NCBI RefSeq assembly: GCF_001194135.2
Contig: NC_068981.1
Span: 184,771,705-184,815,698, forward strand
Length of the DNA stretch: 43,994 bases
Source of the DNA: Octopus bimaculoides
Lineage: Eukaryota
Direction of reading: 5' to 3'
The first letter of the stretch is position 1. Each line of letters begins with the position of its first letter. Below the pieces are notes generated by a model. It saw only the letters and a program-made list of their open reading frames with translations, ran no database searches and was not told the DNA's origin. This document shows, in pieces, positions 35,655 through 43,994 of this stretch. Both the position numbers and the translations under genes were made by a program.

Positions 35655-36195
35655 TTTTTTATTCTTTCACTTGTTTCAGTCGTTAGACTGTGGCCATGCC
35701 GGAGCACCGCCTTTAGCCGAACAAATCGACCCCCAGGACTTATTCTTTGTAAGCCTTGTACTTATTCGATCGGTCTTTGGCTGAACCGCTGAGTTACGGG
35801 GACATAAACACACCAATATCGATTGTCAAGCAATGGTGGGGGACAAACACACACACAAACATATACACACACACACACACANNNNNNNNNNNNNNNNNNN
35901 NNNNNNNNNNNNNNNNNNNNNNNNNNNNNNNNNNNNNNNNNNNNNNNNNNNNNNNNNNNNNNNNNNNNNNNNNNNNNNNNNNNNNNNNNNNNNNNNNNNN
36001 NNNNNNNNNNNNNNNNNNNNNNNNNNNNATATATATATATATATATATATACATACATGACGGGCTTCTTTCGGTTTCCGTCTACCAAATCCATTCACAA
36101 GGCTTTGGTCGGCCCGAGGCTATAATAGAAGACACTTGCCCAAGGTGCCACGCAGTGGGACTGAACCCAGAACCAAACAGCCACGCCTGCACCTA
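35655..36195 (-). mobile_element. SINE family A, near full length (gap in the internal microsatellite)
   Basis: Both halves are present around a TA/CA array. Confidence 0.9.
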
Positions 36196-36719
36196 TTTAA
36201 TTCCTTTGAAAAAACTTGAATCGATCTGATAAAAGGGGCTAACCAGAGAGTTCACATACCAAACCTTGTGGTATATAACCAGTATTTTTAAGCGCATAAC
36301 CATGTACGCATATCGTATACTACAACCATATCATGTATATACGCATATCATATATATCTGTTCCGGTGCGGAAGCATTTAGAATTACGATATATTACCCA
36401 AATAATGTAAAAATACGCTTGTTTCACAACAATAGGGATCACTTGTACAAAGAGCCTTAGCTATTGACTTCATAATTTTGAGCGGATGGGCTTTGAGTAG
36501 TTTTGGATTTGGTTCCACTGTACAATAATTCAAGATGGTTTCTTTCACCATAAACTACAGATCAACCAAAGCCTTATTAGTGGGGTTTTGTAAACAGAAA
36601 CTGACTGGGAGCTTGTCAGAGATGTCCATGTTTTGGGATTGGAAAGTTAATCTTTCGCCCGGTTTAGCACCATCTCTTTCCCCCTTGATCGACCGATCCT
36701 TCCCGAATCATATAGAATA

Positions 36720-36940
36720 GAGCCTGTTTCCCGGAATTCAGTGGCGTATATATCCGACCCCCCTCACTGGATAGGTCACCGGTCCGTTGCGAGATTACTT
36801 TTTTTTTTCACTAGTTGAGTGGACTGGGACAACGTGAAATAAAGTGTTATTGCTCAAGAACACAACGCGTCGCTCGGTCGAGGAATCGAAGCCACTATCT
36901 TACGATCATGAGTCCCACACCCCAACCACTAAGCCCCACT
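36720..36940 (-). mobile_element. SINE family C, 5' portion
   Basis: The reverse complement reads GGGCTTAGTGGTTGGGG...AGTGGCTTCGATTCC...GTGTTCTTGAGCAATAACACTTTATTTCACGTTG. Confidence 0.6.
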
Positions 36941-37201
36941 TACCTTTAGTGAACTTTAGCGGAGTTCTCCCAGTTGCCAGCATTTTAGCAAACCTCTGGG
37001 TCTGAGCTTAATGCTCTTCGTTCCTCCTTCTAATTGTGCAGGTTTTAAAAATGGTCAGAAGCACCGCCTTTCCTCTTCCAATTAAGGAAATGAAAAGAAT
37101 GTTTATGTCGTAAGAATTTAGTAAGTTCGAGAGAGGTGAAAATAATTGGTTTTTATCTGTGAAACTCGAAGTAGATAAAGCTATAAATAACAACATGTAA
37201 A

Positions 37202-37680
37202 TAGGCGTAGGAGTGGCTATGTGGTAAGGCTATAAACAACTGCATGTAGATACTGGATTAACAACTCGTTGGATAAGAAAGCTTGAAAGCCGTCCGTGTA
37301 ACTCCAGCCACATGGCTCCGGGTTCAGTCCCACTGCGTGGCACCTTGAGCAAGTGTCTTCTACTATAGCCTCGGGCCGACCAAAGCCTTGTGAGTGGATT
37401 TGGTAGACGGAAACTGAAAGAAGCCCGTCGTATATATGTATATATATATATGTATGTGTGTGTATATGTTTGCGTGTCTGTTTGTCCCCCCAACATCACT
37501 TGACAACCGATGCTGGTGTGTTTACGTCCCTGTAACCTAGCGGTTCGGCAAAAGGGACCGATAGAATAAGTACTAGGCTTCCAAAGAATAAGTCCTGGGG
37601 TCGATTTGCTCGACTAAAGGCGGTGTCCAGCATGGCCACAGTCAAATGACTGAAACAAGTAAAAGTGTAAAGTGTAAGAG
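37202..37680 (+). mobile_element. SINE family A, full length, with an inverted ~80-bp insertion in the head
   Basis: Complete head, CORE-like block, microsatellite and tail. The inserted sequence at 37229-37305 is the reverse complement of 37778-37854. Confidence 0.9.
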
Positions 37681-38963
37681 TATTAGGTTGAAAAACTCCT
37701 TTGGATAGAGAAAGTCGAAGGGTGCCCATGTGACACGAACCTACATCTTCTAAAAACATGACAGATGTTCTACCTTTGGAGTTACACGGACGGCATTCAA
37801 CCTTTCTTATCCAACGAGTTTTTAATCCAGTATATACATACAGTTGTTTATAGCCTTACCAACATCGAGTTTCACATTTAAAAACGAAATAGAGATATTT
37901 TCCTGAATACACCCAACAAGGAAAACGCTTCTTAATTTATATTTGAAAAACAACAAAACCTCATAATTGTTTATGACAAAATATGCCCGTTAGAAATATT
38001 TCCCCTTAATTTATATTTCTGATTTAACAAATCGTTTATTAAATTTATTTTCGGTGATTACTATAGAAACTAGTTCTACGACCATTGTGTCTGTCGTCTT
38101 TAGAGACCACATAAATGAAATTTCGTACTTGAGGTCGAGATACTATTTTCGTTCGTTGATCTTAATTCTAATAACCTCAACGTCAGGCACGTTAGGTGTA
38201 TACATACATAAATACATATACTTCTACATATTGTTGTAACCTTCAAAGACATGAACTTACATACATTAACGAACACGTACAGCAATATACACCCCTCCAC
38301 ATATATATGTATATATATATATATATATATAATTTTACGTATTTATAGCATTTTGCTTTTTTTTTCTATACGTACACAAGCGCAAGAACACATACATATC
38401 CAATACACACACATACACACACACATACATAGGTTCATTCATACATAAAGAAAGACAGACTGAAACACTTATCTAACACGCACACACGCTCTCACGCATG
38501 CAACGGTAGCAGCAGCTGTGTTATACAGATACTGCAACAGAGTGCAGCATCATCATCATCAGCAGCAAAAACAACAACAAGGAGTCAAAGAGGGAAGCTT
38601 TTACGTGGCTTGCTAGAAATAGCAGCTAAATCTTCCTAAATCAGACGCTATCATAAATAAGGAAATAATGCACATCCGATAAGGTATGCCTACATACCCT
38701 TAAGATAACAAGATGCTTTTGATCACATATCTGTGTGATCCCATTTGATAAGGTGTTCGAACTAAACCCCATTAACAACAGCATCGACAGCAACATCAAG
38801 AACTAGCAGTGTATAAAACACAACAATAAAAACAAAACAAAAAAAACTTGAACCCTCAAGAAGCTAATCCTTAAAAGTACAGTTTCAGAATACGTCTAGT
38901 GTTTCTCTTACTCGTCTGAAGGAACCCCAGTGACAAACTCCGAGTGCAATAGAGTTTTATTTC

Positions 38964-39166
38964 TGGCGAGATGGCAGAATCGTTAGCACGCTGGGCAAAA
39001 TGACTGGCGGCATTTCGTCCGTCTTTACGTGCGGTGTTCAAATTCCACCGAGGTCGACTTTACATTTCGGGGTCGATAAAATAGGTGTCAGCTGAACATT
39101 GGGGTCGATGTAATCGACTAGTCCCCTCTGCCGCAATTGCTTGTCTTGTGCCAAAATTTGAAACCA
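38964..39166 (+). mobile_element. SINE family B
   Basis: Head, central domain, and GTGCCAAAATTTGAAACCA tail. Confidence 0.85.
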
Positions 39167-39734
39167 TTTCTGGTGAAATGAGTTGCAGCTTAAAAAGTCC
39201 AATGTGCGACCACATAAACAAAAGCAGTGAAGACAANNNNNNNNNNNNNNNNNNNNNNNNNNNNNNNNNNNNNNNNNNNNNNNNNNNNNNNNNNNNNNNN
39301 NNNNNNNNNNNNNNNNNNNNNNNNNNNNNNNNNNNNNNNNNNNNNNNNNNNNNNNNNNNNNNNNNNNNNNNNNNNNNNNNNNNNNNNNNNNNNNNNNNNN
39401 NNNNNNNNNNNNNNNNNNNNNNNNNNNNNNNNNNNNNNNNNNNNNNNNNNNNNNNNNNNNNNNNNNNNNNNNNNNNNNNNNNNNNNNNNNNNNNNNNNNN
39501 NNNNNNNNNNNNNNNNNNNNNNNNNNNNNNNNNNNNNNNNNNNNNNNNNNNNNNNNNNNNNNNNNNNNNNNNNNNNNNNNNNNNNNNNNNNNNNNNNNNN
39601 NNNNNNNNNNNNNNNNNNNNNNNNNNNNNNNNNNNNNNNNNNNNNNNNNNNNNNNNNNNNNNNNNNNNNNNNNNNNNNNNNNNNNNNNNNNNNNNNNNNN
39701 NNNNNNNNNNNNNNNNNNNNNNNNNNNNATACAT

Positions 39735-39905
39735 ATGTACGACAGGCTTCTTTCAATTTCCGTCTACCAAATCCACTCACAAGGCTTTGGTCGGCCCGAG
39801 GCTATAGTAGAAGACACTTACCCAAGGTGCTACGCAGTGGGACTAAACCCAGAACCATGTGGTTTGTAAGCAAGCTACATACCGGCACAACCACTCCTGT
39901 GCCTT
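39735..39905 (-). mobile_element. SINE family A, 5' half
   Basis: Matches 36058-36195. Confidence 0.85.
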
Positions 39906-39944
39906 AAGAAAATAACATTATAAGGCTTATAATCCATTCTAATA

Positions 39945-40305
39945 TGGACACAAGGTCCGAGGGAGGGTTTTGGGGGAGGGTACTAAGGTGATTACTTAAT
40001 TCACTGGTACTTAATTTCGACCCCAAAATTTCACTGGTACTTAATTTATCGACCACAAAAGGATGAAAGGCAATGTCGACCTCGGCGGAACTTGAACTCA
40101 GAACGTAGCGACGGGCGAAATAACGATAAGCATTTCGTCCAGCGTGCTAACGACTCTACCAGCTCGCTGCCTTAATTCTTTCTACTATAAGCACAAGGCC
40201 TGTAATTTTGAGGTAGGGGTTAAGTCAATTACATTGACACCAGTACGCAACTGGTACTAAATTTATCGACTCCAAAAGGATAAAAGGCAAAGTCGACCTT
40301 TGTGG
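39945..40305 (-). mobile_element. Two SINE family B copies (39945-40172 and partial 40176-40305)
   Basis: Reverse-complement central domains. The first copy has a short internal tandem duplication (TTCACTGGTACTTAATTT twice). Confidence 0.82.
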
Positions 40306-40828
40306 AAATCGCAAAACTTATAATGAAACAGTTTTGTTTTTTAGCTGTGATAGATGGACAATAAAGAAACATTAGTAGAAGAGATGACATCTTCTACGAT
40401 TAGGAATTGAACTCACGATCTTGCGATTATGATCTGAATACTCTAACGACTTGGCTAGCGCTCTACTCTCACCGTCATCAAAACATTAAAAAAAACATTA
40501 GTAGAAGAGACGACGTAATTTACGATTAGCAACCATTGCCGTGTTAAAGCATAACCAGACGACAGCTCAATAAATACTGAAAGTGAGCCATAGCGCTCAT
40601 ATATTAGCATTGAGACACTTAGACCAAAGGGCCTCCGGATAGCTGTACTCTGAGTCCAATATTTACTGAATATAGGCCATTCTACATATAGATTATGCTC
40701 CGAGCTACTATAATCTCCACTTTATTTACTCGGGGGTCTATGTTGTTAAAATCTCAAGCAACCTTCTGGCGGACGTGATCTGAGCATTATGTAAACAACA
40801 ATCTGCGTCCGACAAACTACATCTCTTA

Positions 40829-41225
40829 GATTATCAAGAAGGCTGAGTGGGTACTGGCATCATTTAGTAACCCCTATCTTGCTCAGCATATAAATCTCCT
40901 GGAAACTGTTCAGGAACGTACAACGAAACTAATACCCGCTGTCTTGCTTCCCTGAGCATGGAAACATTAAAGCACAGACGTCTGGTAACTGACTTGGAAG
41001 ACACCCACAAGATTATCCACCATCTTTCCAATAACAACCTTGGGTACCTTTTCGAATTCCATATGACAAACACTCGGGGTCATGCTTATAAAATAAAAAA
41101 AAACAACAACACAGCACTCATGACTTTCGGAAACATTTTTTCACGCTCAGAATTGCTGAAGCATGGAATAAACTACCCGCATCAGTTGTGAGCTGTCGAG
41201 ACACTACGTCCTTCAAAACTTCCAT
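40829..41225 (+). mobile_element. CR1-clade LINE 3' remnant
   Basis: NPYLAQHINLLETVQERTTKLIP, METLKHRRLVTDL..HKII, TRGHAYKI and (after a frameshift) HDFRKHFFTLRIAEAWNKLPASVV match CR1 ORF2 C-terminal motifs. Confidence 0.85.
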
Positions 41226-41622
41226 CAACATATTTTTCATATAAAATTAGTATACATTCATACTCAAAAGAGGTGACCCTAACAGGGCATATTACATGCT
41301 AAAAGGAGCAGTCAAAGCCCAAACCACGGTTAAGAGTAATTTCGANNNNNNNNNNNNNNNNNNNNNNNNNNNNNNNNNNNNNNNNNNNNNNNNNNNNNNN
41401 NNNNNNNNNNNNNNNNNNNNNNNNNNNNNNNNNNNNNNNNNNNNNNNNNNNNNNNNNNNNNNNNNNNNNNNNNNNNNNNNNNNNNNNNNNNNNNNNNNNN
41501 NNNNNNNNNNNNNNNNNNNNNNNNNNNNNNNNNNNNNNNNNNNNNNNNNNNNNNNNNNNNNNNNNNNNNNNNNNNNNNNNNNNNNNNNNNNNNNNNNNNN
41601 NNNNNNNNNNNNNTATATATAT

Positions 41623-41990
41623 AGGCGCGCTTGTGGGTTCCCAACCACATGATTTCAGGTTCAGTTCCTGTGCGTGGTACCTTGGGTAAGTATCTTTTAT
41701 TATAACTTCGGGCTGAATAAAGCCTTGTGAGTGGAGTGTCTGTGTATACATGTGGGTGTCGTTGTGGTGTGTTTGTAGCTCCCACCCGCCTCACGGCTTG
41801 ACAACCGGTGTTGGTGGGTCTATGTCTTCATAATGTAGCGGTTCAGCAAAAGCCACCGATGGAATAAGTACCGGGCTTTAAAAAAGAAGTAAGTGCTATA
41901 GTCGAGTCATTCGTTGATAAATTCTTCTTCAAGGCAGTGCCCCAGCATGGCCGCAGTTGAATGACTGCACAAGTAAAACATAAAAGAGAA
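41623..41990 (+). mobile_element. SINE family A, diverged
   Basis: Shortened head, GTGGTACCTTGGGTAAGT, and a 3' half ending GAATGACTGCACAAGTAAAACATAAAAGAG. Confidence 0.8.
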
Positions 41991-42375
41991 AAAGACGAAA
42001 CATTTTTCTGTATTGAGTGTGTTGTACCAAACACACACACATATACACACACACACACACGCGAGAGCGCACGCACTCATGTTATATGCATGTGTGTGCG
42101 TGCATATCTGTGTATATTTGTATACGCATACCCGTGTATATTTGCATGTTTTTATATGCGTGCGTCTGTATATAAGAAATATCAGGAAGGTCTTGGAGCC
42201 AACGTAAATCGTGGAATACTAAATAATTTAGTGTTTCAAAGTTTACATTTCCTGCTTCTTTGTATTCTGACAAGTACGACTTAGCTTTTCTTCCGCTGTC
42301 TGCGGTGTAATGGTAGAACTGTCGAGTGTATGGTGTCCTCTATATCAGAGCAACATAGACTTGTCTCTATGAGAC

Positions 42376-42415
<40 letters not shown>

Positions 42416-42521
42416 ATATCCGTATACGTCTGCACAGTTACATACACATATGTTGATATATATAAATATATATACACTCATACGTTATGTATGTGTGTAT
42501 GTATGGCTCTATCTATGTGTG

Positions 42522-42581
<60 letters not shown>

Positions 42582-42671
42582 CCTACGTATGTACCTATGC
42601 ATCTATCTATCTATTTACCTACGTATGTATGTATGCTTGTATGTATGTATGTATGTATGTATGTATGTATG

Positions 42672-42709
<38 letters not shown>

Positions 42710-42736
42710 CGTATGTATGTGTGCATGTATGTATGT

Positions 42737-42827
42737 TGCTCGCCTAGTCAGTGGGGGTACGCATTACTTGAAGGCTAAAACAATGCAAAACGCATTGTGA
42801 CTAGCGATGTGTAGCCTAATCGGTCAC

Positions 42828-42867
<40 letters not shown>

Positions 42868-42966
42868 ATGATCACGTGACCGACTAGGCTACACATCGCT
42901 GGTCACAATGCGCTTTTGCATCGTTTTAGCCTTCAGTAACGCGTACCCCCACTGACTAGGCGAGCA
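42737..42966. repeat. 91-bp-arm foldback centred on (TA)n
   Basis: Arms 42737-42827 / 42876-42966 differ by 4 substitutions and 2 single-base indels. Confidence 0.92.
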
Positions 42967-43289
42967 GGCCAACACATCGCACAACCCAGTCAGCCTAAGT
43001 ACTAGGCCACGCGCCTTCACACACACACACACACACGCACACACACACAAGGCATCAAGTTTCGGTAGGATACTGTGGGTGAGCAAGTACGTAATCCAAT
43101 TAAAATCGTTGATTCGACTCTCTGTTCGATAGTTCGAATTGGATGTGGCACTTGCATATCTACAATATCGTACCAACAGTCGATACCTGCAATATTGTTT
43201 ATTTCACTGTAAACTCTGTGTTATCGCACCCAGCCATTTCTTGCGTCTTACGCGCTGATGCGCCTAGATTCTACTGAATCCTCATAACT

Positions 43290-43354
<65 letters not shown>

Positions 43355-43743
43355 NNNNNNNNNNGTGTGTGTGTGTCTGTGTGTGTGTGTGCATGTGCTT
43401 GTGTGTGTGTGTGTGTATGTATGTATGTGCATGTGCGTCAGTGGAAAATAGACTTTCTGCAGGCGCTCACTCACAGACGGACAGACAGACACATATAGAC
43501 GCGCACACCTGGTCACTTGCGTGTGAAAGTGTTCCGTGTTCCTCTAACCATCTGTCGCGCTCACTCTCTCTATACATACATACATACATACATACATACA
43601 TACATACATACATACCTACATACATATACATATAAATATAATTAAGGGATCAGCAAATATTTGCTTCACCATATACCGAAGTTCAGAAATAGCAGCTAAA
43701 AAAGCTGAGAATCCCACAGATAGCATCACTTGTAACTCACAAA

Positions 43744-43994
43744 GGCAAAAACAAGAAGAAAAAAACAATGAAAACCAACCAATTCCGATGTTTAACAGTA
43801 GACGCGTTTCTGGATCATGATTGATAATAATCAATTTCCTTCATCAATATCTTTTTGATTATTGATTATTATCAATTATTGATTATTATCAATTATTGAT
43901 TATTGATTATTATCAATCATGATCTAGAAACGCGTCTACTGTTAAACATCGGAATTGGTTAGTTTTTCATAGTTTTTTTCTTCTTGTTTTTGCC
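43744..43994. repeat. Foldback with arms of at least 92 bp, running off the window end
   Basis: 43744-43835 is the reverse complement of 43902-43994 with about 4 differences. The centre holds tandem ATTGATTATTATCAATT units. Confidence 0.92.

Noticed and set aside
34998-37330. tRNA genes
   Set aside because: The A/B-box sequences are SINE heads attached to SINE bodies; I could not build a complete cloverleaf.
43855-43920. CRISPR-like array
   Set aside because: These are short AT-rich tandem units without unique spacers, in a eukaryotic repeat context with no cas genes.

Overview
Eukaryotic, AT-rich draft-assembly window. About 18 N-gaps total roughly 7 kb, and most sit against (TA)n/(CA)n microsatellites. 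The repeat content looks to me like a coleoid cephalopod, most likely Octopus; this is recognition from memory, not a database result. I found no host protein-coding gene I can name with confidence. The window is mostly intronic or intergenic sequence filled with three tRNA-derived SINE families, several Tc1/mariner and hAT remnants (including a near full-length Hsmar1-like mariner), CR1 and RTE fragments, and a nest of R4/Dong retrotransposon pieces in TAA repeats. The best second-look items are: (1) a TA-flanked, inverted-repeat element at 4959-5474 carrying a Penelope-type minimal hammerhead ribozyme with an unusually long stem II; (2) a 1.45-kb ORF1-only (CCHC zinc knuckle) retroelement that shares its 3' tail with a SINE subfamily and abuts a 3'-truncated SINE; (3) many foldbacks and inverted SINE pairs that could be ADAR substrates; (4) weak candidate minus-strand exons, one with a single in-frame TAG; and (5) a duplicated 300-bp block keeping a 45-aa small ORF in both copies. 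None of these is demonstrated as a new biological system. All are hypotheses to test.
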